Shown piece after piece: positions 1-9,737 of a stretch of DNA of 64,000 bases. Under the pieces are notes generated by a model, which saw only the letters and a list, made by a program, of their open reading frames with translations, did not search any database and was not told the DNA's origin. The DNA is from a virus: positions 45,450-109,449 of IMG/VR virus record IMGVR_UViG_3300028581_000018, one strand, 5' to 3'. Position 1 is the first letter of the stretch; each line of letters begins with the position of its first letter. The position numbers were made by a program, and so were the translations under genes.

Positions 1-2706
1 TCTTCCTTGATCTTTAGCTGTTTGCATTGCTTTGAAAAATGCTTCTGCTACAATTTGACGATCCTCAGATTGTGTATTTTTATCTGGATGTACGAGTTTA
101 GCATATTCTTTAAACAATCGTGCAGCTTCTGCTTTATTTGTTTTTACTACCTCACCCTTAAGAGTTTTATTGATAGCATCAAACATTTGAGATCCTAAGT
201 TATCAGGTATAAACTCACCTCTAACAACTTTACCTGGTTGATTTTCACTAAAATCAAATAATGATTCGGATCCAAATACTTTTGATATAGTATCATTAAT
301 TCTCTTTATTATATCCCCTTTATCAGAAACAGTAGTACCTTCTAAAGCAGCTAGTTCTGCATCATATTTAGCATTGATTTCTTTATTTCTTTTTTGAACT
401 TCTGGCATCCATACATTGTCAGGTAAAGAAGCTCTATTATTTTTAGCATATTCAGCGACCTGTTCTCTTTCTTCTTGTCTTCTTCTTTCTATAGCAGTAA
501 CCTCCTTAAACAATGCTGGATATCTAGTAACTACACTTCCTGCTACTACAGGCTCTTTAGGATTCTCTAACAAGAATTTTGCAAGTCTTGTTAGCTCTTT
601 AAATTCAGCAGGAGTTATCTTTTGTTTTTCATCTTCTAACGCATCTGCTCCTTCACCCTCTCCAGTTTCTTCTCCTGATGGCTCTTCTTCTTCTGCTCCT
701 GTTTCTTCTTCTGTTACCTCTTTTAGTCTATTACCTAGTGCTTCATCTACAATCTCTTCTAATGTCATTTCTTTCTTGGTTGTATCACTAGGAACATCGC
801 TTGTGAATACTACATGTTTTTCATTGACGTTGATGGTTATAAAGGGCGCATCCGCTGTGAGCTTTTGAGTACCTACTTTTGCTGGAGTTTTAATAGACGA
901 TATTTTTGCGTCGCCATCATACTCTACCTCAAGAGGTAATATCCCCAGGTTTATTTTGTCAAGACCAGTAATTTCCTGTAAGATCTTTTTGTAAATAATC
1001 TGTTGTAGAGCATTTTTTATATATGTTCTATATGCATCCGCTCCTGTAGAATATTTTGACCATTTAGATTTCTTACCGGTTTTTACATCTACAATCCACC
1101 ACTCTGAGTTTTCGTCAATGAATAGTAAATCCATTTGCCCAGCAACCTTTGTATTATCAGAATAGATTACATCTGTATTAGAGGCTATTTCTCCAACCGT
1201 TTGTTTAAAAGGCTCTAGTATCTTTTGTAGTTGTTTAGCCGCAGCTTCTGATAATAAAGACGTTTCTGGAATACTTGTAGCACCAATATCTGCTACAAAA
1301 TCTCTTACCGCCTCATCAACCTCGTTACCAACATCTCTTGATGCATCATATAAACTATTCATTATCTCTTCAGATAATGTATCTAAATAGTTAGTTTGTA
1401 CCTTAGCCGTTATTGTACTTGATGCTAATACCCCAAGAAAATCAGGCAATCTTTGAATTGTACGATCTAGTATTTTACCAGCTTTTTCAGAACTAACTTT
1501 ACCACCAGTTATACTAACAAGCTCTCTTTGCATATGCGCGCGCACATCTGTAGCACGATCACCTTTTAACGCATTAGCTAATTGTGTAAGGTATAGTGTT
1601 ACCTCAGCATTTGGCGCTAAACCAAAAGGCTCTTGTCTAAAATACTTTTCTAGTATTTTTTCAACTATTAAACTCACCCTAGCATACTCTTCTTCTTTAA
1701 TGATATATGCTTCAGATGATTTTACTGGAGTACCATCAGGATTTTTCTCTACACTAGCCATTCTTTGTCTAATAGAATCTAGAACTTTTTCAATTTCTTG
1801 TTCTATTAAAAAGATGTCTTTGTTTGTATAGAGAGCATACTGTTTTATAAAAGCATCCAGCGCGTTTATATCATTTGCTAAAGCTGTGTATTCACGAGTT
1901 CTAGTTGTAAGTGTAGCTAGTTTAGATTTTAAAGATTTTAGCAAACTCCTCAAATACAATAAAGACATATCTGTAGATATCTCTTCGCCTGTTGTACCAA
2001 GTTTTATATTTGCTGGTTTTGTTTTAGCAGGGGTTCCTGTAGATGGCACCGTGGCAAGTGCTGTGTTGTATTGGCTTATAATACTTACCGCTGTGCTTGT
2101 AGATAAAAACTTACTTATATCAGTGTATAACGTTGGATTAGCTCTTTGAGCATTTGCAAATGCTGTATCTAATTTAGTTTTTAATTCTCTTAGTGCTTGA
2201 TAAGTAGCATCAGTATCAGGTAATAACTCAAAATCTTCATAAGTAATATCACCAATTGATATTTCTTCATTAGGCACCAGCTTAGTTGTCTTTTCTTCTT
2301 CCTCTTCTTCTTCCGCTGGAGTAGGGGTAATAGGTGTTGCACTTGTAGATGTAGTGCTTAATGTAGTACCTGGTATTTTAAATCCAATATACAAGAACAC
2401 TTTTTCTAATCCTTCTACAGGACTAGTAAACTTATTGATCATATCTACTAACGCCGTTTCACGTATTGGCGTAGCATCAAGCACTGACTTAAATACAGGT
2501 ATACTTCTACCTTTACCAATAATAGCAAATGCTGTTTGTACAAATAATGCTGCCCTACTAACACTCCCCGTGCTAGTAGCAACAAGATTGAACAGATCAT
2601 TCATGTAAACGTCTATGTCAAACGTAGCAGGATCCGCATTAATATGCGCATATACATCATTTGCTAAATCAGAAATCTGCTCTTTAGTTAATGCACAAGT
2701 TATCAT
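1..2706 (-). CDS. Giant virion/ejection protein with a PD-(D/E)xK nuclease-like domain, N-terminal part only (runs off the window; missing from the ORF track)
   Basis: The ATG at 2706 overlaps the TGA of the upstream gene (MITCALTKEQ...). The frame was open where spot-checked, including position 1. It contains VAGQMDLLFIDENSEWWIVDVKTG near 1.1 kb. Its position matches the giant cargo/RNAP-associated genes of crAss-like phages. Confidence 0.75.
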   Translation of the reverse strand, partial: MITCALTKEQISDLANDVYAHINADPATFDIDVYMNDLFNLVATSTGSVSRAALFVQTAFAIIGKGRSIPVFKSVLDATPIRETALVDMINKFTSPVEGLEKVFLYIGFKIPGTTLSTTSTSATPITPTPAEEEEEEEKTTKLVPNEEISIGDITYEDFELLPDTDATYQALRELKTKLDTAFANAQRANPTLYTDISKFLSTSTAVSIISQYNTALATVPSTGTPAKTKPANIKLGTTGEEISTDMSLLYLRSLLKSLKSKLATLTTRTREYTALANDINALDAFIKQYALYTNKDIFLIEQEIEKVLDSIRQRMASVEKNPDGTPVKSSEAYIIKEEEYARVSLIVEKILEKYFRQEPFGLAPNAEVTLYLTQLANALKGDRATDVRAHMQRELVSITGGKVSSEKAGKILDRTIQRLPDFLGVLASSTITAKVQTNYLDTLSEEIMNSLYDASRDVGNEVDEAVRDFVADIGATSIPETSLLSEAAAKQLQKILEPFKQTVGEIASNTDVIYSDNTKVAGQMDLLFIDENSEWWIVDVKTGKKSKWSKYSTGADAYRTYIKNALQQIIYKKILQEITGLDKINLGILPLEVEYDGDAKISSIKTPAKVGTQKLTADAPFITINVNEKHVVFTSDVPSDTTKKEMTLEEIVDEALGNRLKEVTEEETGAEEEEPSGEETGEGEGADALEDEKQKITPAEFKELTRLAKFLLENPKEPVVAGSVVTRYPALFKEVTAIERRRQEEREQVAEYAKNNRASLPDNVWMPEVQKRNKEINAKYDAELAALEGTTVSDKGDIIKRINDTISKVFGSESLFDFSENQPGKVVRGEFIPDNLGSQMFDAINKTLKGEVVKTNKAEAARLFKEYAKLVHPDKNTQSEDRQIVAEAFFKAMQTAKDQGR

Positions 2707-5700
2707 TTACAATTAAGATTATTAGATAATTTTTCTCTAGCTGTAAGAACATCTGGGCTAAATGTAAAAGTACTATCTACTACACTAGAAACATCACTTA
2801 CTGTATTATTAGCAAAAGCTCTTTCTTCATCTGTAATATCAGGTGTTTCACCACGCTCTTCTGCAGGCACAGCCTCAGAGTTATTTAACTCCCTCGCAAT
2901 GTTTAAAACTTCAATGTAATTTTCATACTCTAAAGAATCTTCTGTTACTTGAACACCGCGGCGCACATCAATAAATTCAATAGGTACGTTTTTACCGGGA
3001 GGAGAGTTTACATAATTTGTAAACTGTTCCGCGTCAACATATATTTGAAACTTATCAGCAAGATAATTCAGAGTAGCATTCTTCTCATGCGCCTTTAAAA
3101 AGTTATTTACAATAGTATCAGCATAGGTCTTCTTGTTGTTATAAAGATCCTGCATAATTAAAAAGTTGCGAGAGTATTGTTCCTCTAATGATGCTGGATC
3201 AAACATCGCATCAATATAAGGCTGCATAAATTTTTCATTAGAACTTATTGTATGATAATCTAACAACTTATCAATAAACGCCATTGCTTTTTGATCATCT
3301 ATTTTTGTACCAGATTGTTTAGATAATTTACCTAGTAATTCTTTTGTTTTAGCATGCACTCTACCTCTTAATGATTGTTGTTCTGCATCAATTTTTGCTT
3401 CTTCCTTACGTGTTAAATTTCTTTTTACAGCAGCTGTAGCATTTTTATATGGAGAAGAAGCTTTTAACAACTGAAGTTTAAGTTGACTATACTTATCAAA
3501 ACTATTAAGTGTAGTTAACATTTGGATAAGAGAACCTTCTGTGGGTATACCAAAAATACCAGAGTCAAAAACAGTACCGGTTAATGTTTTTAAAAGATCT
3601 TCCTTTTCACTTAAGATTTTTTTATCAGATTCTTTTGTAGATTTTTTTAGAATATCAATCTCTTGTTGCAACAGTGAAACCTCATTCTCAGAGTTTTGAG
3701 GGTTAAACAACATTGTAAACAAACTATTGGCGCCCCCACCAATTGGTGAGTCAACAGCCATAGCTTCTGCATAAAGTTTTTCTTTTCTTTCTAGTTGCGC
3801 GTCAAAGATAGAACCATTAAATATAGCGTTGGTGATTGTGTGACGATAAGCATTCTCTTTTAGTTTAGCTTTTATATACTCTGGTGAGTCTTTAATCATA
3901 CCTTCTGTTGATGCCTCTGCAGGTAGCTCAAAGTTTTCAGTCATATATTTATGACGTTCTCGTATAGCAGCAACTTTTTTCTTGAACTCAGGGACTTCTT
4001 GTTTCATCCTCTGAGCTTTTTCTAGAGTTACATTATAAGCATCTGCTACATCTTGAGCTTCTTGTTCTTCAATTGTTTCAAGGTTCTCTAGATAGTAATC
4101 TAATGTTCCTGTATTGATTGCTGTTAAGATACCGAGAGCTCGCGCGCCATCTCTCTCATTTTTCTGTTTCCACTCATCATTTCTTAGTTGCGCATCATCC
4201 ATACCGCGAGCAAACTCATCTTGGGCAGCAACATTAAAAAACCTACTATCAAACATGACGTCAACATCTTGCATCATCTCAGTAAGAGTCTTAGCTAGTT
4301 TTGGCCCGTATTCTTCTTTAGCTTTTAAATAGTTTCCGTATTCAGTTTTATCAAAGAAGTAGTTATATGCAATTGGTGCCTTAGCAATAGCCGTATTAAT
4401 AGGCTTCATGTGAGCACCAATTAAAAACCCTGATAAAAATGTTTCTAACCCCTGACCACTAAGTTGCTCCTTAGCACCATGAATATATGCAGCTTTGTGA
4501 GCAAGAAAGTTTGCAGCAACAGGATTGTTAAAAGCATTGATATAATGTTCTTTTGCTCCTATAGCAACAGCTTCCTGGAATACTTCCTGGAAACCTTCCA
4601 TGAAATTTGCAGAGGTATATTTAAGACCTGATAATAATGTCTTGCGCCCTTCTTTTAAAGATATTTTAGGCAAGAAAGAATCTTTTACCCATTCAACTTT
4701 TGGTGCTTTCCCTTTACCACGAATAACATTAAGATAACCACCTTTTCTTTTTACAACATCTTCTGTAAGTTCACGAATTGGCCTAAACCCTCTAAAGGCA
4801 TTACCAATAGTAATCCGGTTACTTAAATAGATAATAGGCCAGTTTAATAAACCAGCTTCATTACCTGCAGCGCTTGCTTGTTGGTATATCTGTTTTACTT
4901 TACCTTCTGAGAGTGGTTGATTATTATTTTTTTCAAGTTCAGTTGCATATAAGCTTTTGTACACTTCATTATTTACAAAGCCGCCTTCTAAGTTTGATTC
5001 TGATAATGCTACAGATACTTCTTTAACATCTCTATAAAAAGCACCACCCGTTTTAGCAACTTTAGCAAGAGATGTAAGATTCTTTGACTTTCTTAGATCT
5101 AAGAACGCCTCTGTAGTTTGACGTAAAGGATTAGCAAAATTTACAAAATCATTGCCTGCAGCTTTCCAAAATGTTTTTGCTCGTAATGGGTTTTTAGAAA
5201 GAGCTTGTAGAGCTTTTCTGGTTTTATTTATTGCCCCATAAATATCACCAACACTACTCACAATTTTACTACCAGATCTAATTGCTGCAGGTACAGCGCC
5301 CAATCCTTGTGTAGCAGCGGTAATTAAAGATGCCTCAGCAACAGACTCTGCAGCAATACCCACAGTATAAGCAAAAGACATCTGGATATTAGATAAACTT
5401 GAAAGCATTCCTCCCCTAGATGAGTAACCCATTTCTGTAGCTTTCTCATATGCGTCTGCTTGATCTATATTACCGAGAGGTTTATTAGATGAACTTAGCA
5501 AATCTGGGATAGACATAAAAGCATCTATGGCTCCTCGAGTTGCAAGAGGCATAAAACTCTTAGTCATCATTCTTTTCCAATCATCAAACACAGATGTATT
5601 TGCGTTGTATACAGATTCGTTATCGCGAAATGGATTAAAACCTAGTTTGTTTTTTACATCACCCAGCGCATAATATCTTTCAAAAGATTGACCACTTAAA

Positions 5701-5984
5701 TCTTTACCACCATATTGAAATAGAGATGCTAGCTTGGGAGAACGTGATGCATTGATTGAAGCAACATCCATTTTTTGTTGGAGTTGGTTATTAAACAATT
5801 TACCAGGATCTCCTGATGTAGATGTTATTCCTGTTGCTAAAGGATCTGACTGTGTAGCATATGGATTAGGGCGCCCAACAGCATTTTTATAACCACTATT
5901 TAATACAGGATCTTTTAGATTAATGTTTTTTTGAATACCTGCTAGTGGATCAAAATTATTATTAGGTACTTGTAATTCTTCCAT
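2703..5984 (-). CDS. Large virion cargo/ejection protein (1093 aa)
   Basis: Long helical ORF with Gly/Ala-rich hydrophobic segments, in the cargo-gene block downstream of the tail genes. Confidence 0.6.
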   Translation of the reverse strand: MEELQVPNNNFDPLAGIQKNINLKDPVLNSGYKNAVGRPNPYATQSDPLATGITSTSGDPGKLFNNQLQQKMDVASINASRSPKLASLFQYGGKDLSGQSFERYYALGDVKNKLGFNPFRDNESVYNANTSVFDDWKRMMTKSFMPLATRGAIDAFMSIPDLLSSSNKPLGNIDQADAYEKATEMGYSSRGGMLSSLSNIQMSFAYTVGIAAESVAEASLITAATQGLGAVPAAIRSGSKIVSSVGDIYGAINKTRKALQALSKNPLRAKTFWKAAGNDFVNFANPLRQTTEAFLDLRKSKNLTSLAKVAKTGGAFYRDVKEVSVALSESNLEGGFVNNEVYKSLYATELEKNNNQPLSEGKVKQIYQQASAAGNEAGLLNWPIIYLSNRITIGNAFRGFRPIRELTEDVVKRKGGYLNVIRGKGKAPKVEWVKDSFLPKISLKEGRKTLLSGLKYTSANFMEGFQEVFQEAVAIGAKEHYINAFNNPVAANFLAHKAAYIHGAKEQLSGQGLETFLSGFLIGAHMKPINTAIAKAPIAYNYFFDKTEYGNYLKAKEEYGPKLAKTLTEMMQDVDVMFDSRFFNVAAQDEFARGMDDAQLRNDEWKQKNERDGARALGILTAINTGTLDYYLENLETIEEQEAQDVADAYNVTLEKAQRMKQEVPEFKKKVAAIRERHKYMTENFELPAEASTEGMIKDSPEYIKAKLKENAYRHTITNAIFNGSIFDAQLERKEKLYAEAMAVDSPIGGGANSLFTMLFNPQNSENEVSLLQQEIDILKKSTKESDKKILSEKEDLLKTLTGTVFDSGIFGIPTEGSLIQMLTTLNSFDKYSQLKLQLLKASSPYKNATAAVKRNLTRKEEAKIDAEQQSLRGRVHAKTKELLGKLSKQSGTKIDDQKAMAFIDKLLDYHTISSNEKFMQPYIDAMFDPASLEEQYSRNFLIMQDLYNNKKTYADTIVNNFLKAHEKNATLNYLADKFQIYVDAEQFTNYVNSPPGKNVPIEFIDVRRGVQVTEDSLEYENYIEVLNIARELNNSEAVPAEERGETPDITDEERAFANNTVSDVSSVVDSTFTFSPDVLTAREKLSNNLNCK

Positions 5985-5986
5985 GG

Positions 5987-8900
5987 TTATTCAGAATCTA
6001 CTGGTTCAGGGCTAATAATATTTTTTAGATTTGCTGTAGTTACATTAGCCATAATATCATCAAACTGACTAAGAATTTGGCTAAACGAAGCGCCATTTGC
6101 AAGTACATCATTATCTATTGGTACAGATACACTATTTGTTCTATAAATACTTTTAAGAGGATCAAAATATTTATAGTCTACAGTTCCATTATATACCTGC
6201 ATTATAGGATCAAAGCCAATGTTTAATTCAGCATCTCCCCGGCGATTTTTTTCTTGGTATGAAAATCTACCATTATTATCTGTATTTGATAAAAATAAAT
6301 TATATCTAGGATCTACATCATATGTATCAAACAACGATGATTCAAAATCATTAGAATTACTGTAAATAACAAATCCATCATTTACAATTTTTTCTTTTAA
6401 AGACTTAGCTTCTTCTTCATTAGTTGTAAACTGATTAACTACACCATTTACAACTTCAGATGATATATTGTTAAACCAATATCCTCTTTTATCAATGTTA
6501 CCACCAATTTGAACTAAAGGAGATAACTCAAAAGATTTACTACTTTTTGGATTAGTTGCTTCATTATATAACTCTTGAGTAATAGCTTTTATAACTTCAA
6601 CTTCAGTATTAGTTGCTAGGTTTTTAGGATTATAACCAATAGATATTTTTGGGGCACCTTTTAAGTCCTGATCTACTCTTGTAAGTATAGGTTGAATATC
6701 TGTTTGATAAGCTCCATAAAAACTCATATTTATAGGTGTTTGTTTATAATCACCTTGAATTTTAAAGTTATTAACAGAAAGCTTTCCATCTTTACTAGTA
6801 GCAAACATACCTAAACCAGAAACTAAAGGATTTCCAGGATTTATTTTTAAACCAATTTGTGGATCAGATACCATTTGTGCTGCAACTGTATTCAGTCCAT
6901 CAAAAGATTGTTCACCTATAGATTCAAAGAATTGTTTTTTTGAAAGTTCATTTGAAGGAACACCACCTGCTGGTGCATCTAAATCATCTTGTATTAATTG
7001 ACCTTTATAATAAACTTTCATTTTACGTTTTGGTACTTGATAACCACTTACATAATATTCAATATTTATATCTTTTCCATATTTAGCATTTAAAGAAGTT
7101 GCTATTTCACCAGGTGAGCGTAATCCACCATCAGGATCTAATAAAGATGTCTTAAGCATTTCTGATTTAACTTTAGCTGATTCTTTACTTTCTTGATCAG
7201 GTTTTAATAACCAACCTACAGATTTATGAAGAAGCACAGAAAATATACCTGCTTCTGCAGGAAGATTTTTAAGATCATACATATCTTGTCCTTGTTTTTC
7301 TAACCAAGTAATTGCACTTTCTTCTTCTAATCTTCTTAGTACATTATCTACAACTCTTTGGTTAAACTGTTTAGTTTTACTAACCTCTACTTTAGCTGAT
7401 TGTATACTTTGGTCTATTTTACGCAATTGACCAGCATAACTTTGTAAAGCATTACCAAGTGATGTTTTTAATAAACCTTCATTACCTTCTTTCAAAGGAT
7501 CAATAGCTGTTAAAACGTCATTAATTGCAAATGTTCCAGTACTTCCTGAACGTTCTCTGTTATTTTTAATATTGGCTAATATAACTTTAGCAGTTGCTGC
7601 ATCAGGAGTATTAGTTCTAGAAACTTCATTTAGATATTTAACAGCGCCATTAACTGTATTTGCTTGTACTGATTGAATATTTTGTTCAGTTTCATTTACA
7701 GTTTTAGAATATTCAACTTGTTTAGCATCTTCATCTGGAAATTCTGCTTTTATATCTTTTGTACCAAACTGTAACTGATATAATCTAAGAGCTTCTTCAG
7801 TTTTTTCTTTTTCTTCAAGTTCTAATTTTTTTAGAAATCTAGCATTTTCATTTTTTTCACGCGTTTCAGCTCTAGCATTAGCACCTGCTTCACGCATTCT
7901 AGCTAAAGCAACAGGATCTGCTTTTATCTTAACTTCTGCACCCATTGCTGAATTAGAAATAGCAGCTTGCATAAAGTCACCATTCATTTTATAAAAAGCA
8001 ACTATTGCATCTGCACCTTGAGGTGTATATTGAGGAGATGTAGGAGTTGAAGAAAGACCAGATGGAGTAGTTATTGCATACCCATTATTAATGTTATTTG
8101 CAATGTCTGTTACAGACCGGCGATTAACTTCATTAACCTGAATTTGTTGTTCTAAGTTTTGTTTAGTTTGAACAAGTGGATGATTTTCATTTACATTGGG
8201 GATGCTTTCTAAAAACTGATTAACACGTTCTAGTTGATTTTGTAATGATGCACCTTGGGTCTCCGCCATTTTTTTGCTATCATCAACTAATAACTGGTAT
8301 TTTTCGTATTTGTCTTTTGCGTAAATCTGATCAGCTTCTTCTCTAGAAATACCTTTACTTTCAGAGGTGCGAATAAAATTTTCTCTTTCTACATATGCCT
8401 CTACTGCATACATTCTCTTAACTGCAGGATCTTCTCCAATAAGAGCTTTGAAGTGTTCATAAAGGGGCACCTGCACAAGTTGACCATTCTTCCTAGTAAC
8501 AATATACATCCCTTGAGATGTTTCTTGAACTACTGGTTTAAACTCTTTTGCCAGCTCATTTGCTCTACCCATTACATCAATCATAGGTACCGCATCTGGA
8601 GCACTCATATTTAATGCTTCATCTGCAGACGCCCGTTTGTACTCATCTAGTTTATACTGGATAAATAGTTGACCTTCATTCCAATATTTACCATCACATT
8701 TTTCTCCAACACAAGATTTTAATGAATCTAGTTTAGAAAAATTCTCCATAGCTTTTTTAGTAAGACTCATGTCATGTATAAGATTCTTGTCATTATACAA
8801 TGGTGAAAAAACTTGAAGAGCTTGCTGGACATTTTGATCTAATGATAAATCCATGCTGGTTATCTTTTGTATCGCAGCTACAGATTGTTTATAGTATTGA

Positions 8901-9094
8901 TCTCTGTTTTTAATATTATCCTCTCTAGTAAGAGGAGCATTTAAAAACTTACCATAAAGACTATTTAATTTTGACCAGTTTTGATCATATTGCTGTTGCT
9001 TCTTTTGGATAACACCCGCAAAGAAATTAAAATCAGGCTGAAAAGGCTGATATTGTGGTATATAATCGGTCACACCACTTATGTAGGTTGCCAT
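5987..9094 (-). CDS. Large virion cargo/ejection protein (1035 aa)
   Basis: Coiled-coil-rich ORF; cargo-block synteny. Confidence 0.6.
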   Translation of the reverse strand: MATYISGVTDYIPQYQPFQPDFNFFAGVIQKKQQQYDQNWSKLNSLYGKFLNAPLTREDNIKNRDQYYKQSVAAIQKITSMDLSLDQNVQQALQVFSPLYNDKNLIHDMSLTKKAMENFSKLDSLKSCVGEKCDGKYWNEGQLFIQYKLDEYKRASADEALNMSAPDAVPMIDVMGRANELAKEFKPVVQETSQGMYIVTRKNGQLVQVPLYEHFKALIGEDPAVKRMYAVEAYVERENFIRTSESKGISREEADQIYAKDKYEKYQLLVDDSKKMAETQGASLQNQLERVNQFLESIPNVNENHPLVQTKQNLEQQIQVNEVNRRSVTDIANNINNGYAITTPSGLSSTPTSPQYTPQGADAIVAFYKMNGDFMQAAISNSAMGAEVKIKADPVALARMREAGANARAETREKNENARFLKKLELEEKEKTEEALRLYQLQFGTKDIKAEFPDEDAKQVEYSKTVNETEQNIQSVQANTVNGAVKYLNEVSRTNTPDAATAKVILANIKNNRERSGSTGTFAINDVLTAIDPLKEGNEGLLKTSLGNALQSYAGQLRKIDQSIQSAKVEVSKTKQFNQRVVDNVLRRLEEESAITWLEKQGQDMYDLKNLPAEAGIFSVLLHKSVGWLLKPDQESKESAKVKSEMLKTSLLDPDGGLRSPGEIATSLNAKYGKDINIEYYVSGYQVPKRKMKVYYKGQLIQDDLDAPAGGVPSNELSKKQFFESIGEQSFDGLNTVAAQMVSDPQIGLKINPGNPLVSGLGMFATSKDGKLSVNNFKIQGDYKQTPINMSFYGAYQTDIQPILTRVDQDLKGAPKISIGYNPKNLATNTEVEVIKAITQELYNEATNPKSSKSFELSPLVQIGGNIDKRGYWFNNISSEVVNGVVNQFTTNEEEAKSLKEKIVNDGFVIYSNSNDFESSLFDTYDVDPRYNLFLSNTDNNGRFSYQEKNRRGDAELNIGFDPIMQVYNGTVDYKYFDPLKSIYRTNSVSVPIDNDVLANGASFSQILSQFDDIMANVTTANLKNIISPEPVDSE

Positions 9095-9096
9095 AT

Positions 9097-9732
9097 TTAG
9101 ATATATTTAAATGTTGTTTTATTTATTCTTTTTCCTAATAGGATTCTTGAAAGAGAACCTTTGGTCATTCCAATTAACTCACAAACTTCAGCTAATGAGC
9201 TATATATAACGCCTGTTGTAATATCTATAATTTTTTTTCCTCTTTTTTCCCTATGTAGCTTTGTATAGTTTATACCTTCTCTTGATCTTTTTAAAAGTTC
9301 TTTATGTTGACAAGAAAGTGTCCTTTGTTTTAAAGCTTCAATACAGGCTTGAGATGGTTTTTTGCCTTTATTTGCTTGTCTTAATTTTTCTATTGTTGCT
9401 TCTGAATGTATAGAGCAACCATTTGGATTTGTAGGTTTTATATTATAACCAGTTGATCTGTCCAAACAATTTAATTCATTAACCCAATAGTGTTCTCTAG
9501 CATGTAAATTACTGATGTCACATTTTTCAATCATCTCGAAAATAAAATTTTCTTCACCGTACTTAGTCCATGCTCTTTGCAAATAACTATTATTATGTTT
9601 GTCTTTTCTTAAATCATAGAGATGTCCATTTATTCTAGTTCTTACATTGGAAGCACAACCAATATATATTTTACCGTTAGTTATACTAGTAATTTTATAT
9701 ATTCCAGGAGTTGATTGTATATAAGTAGCCAT
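9097..9732 (-). CDS. Free-standing GIY-YIG homing endonuclease with NUMOD-type C-terminal DNA-binding segments
   Basis: GIYKITSITNGKIYIGCASNVRTR, followed by HSEATIEKLRQANKGKK (NUMOD3-like) and a C-terminal HTH-like segment. Confidence 0.92.
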   Translation of the reverse strand: MATYIQSTPGIYKITSITNGKIYIGCASNVRTRINGHLYDLRKDKHNNSYLQRAWTKYGEENFIFEMIEKCDISNLHAREHYWVNELNCLDRSTGYNIKPTNPNGCSIHSEATIEKLRQANKGKKPSQACIEALKQRTLSCQHKELLKRSREGINYTKLHREKRGKKIIDITTGVIYSSLAEVCELIGMTKGSLSRILLGKRINKTTFKYI

Positions 9733-9737
9733 ATCTT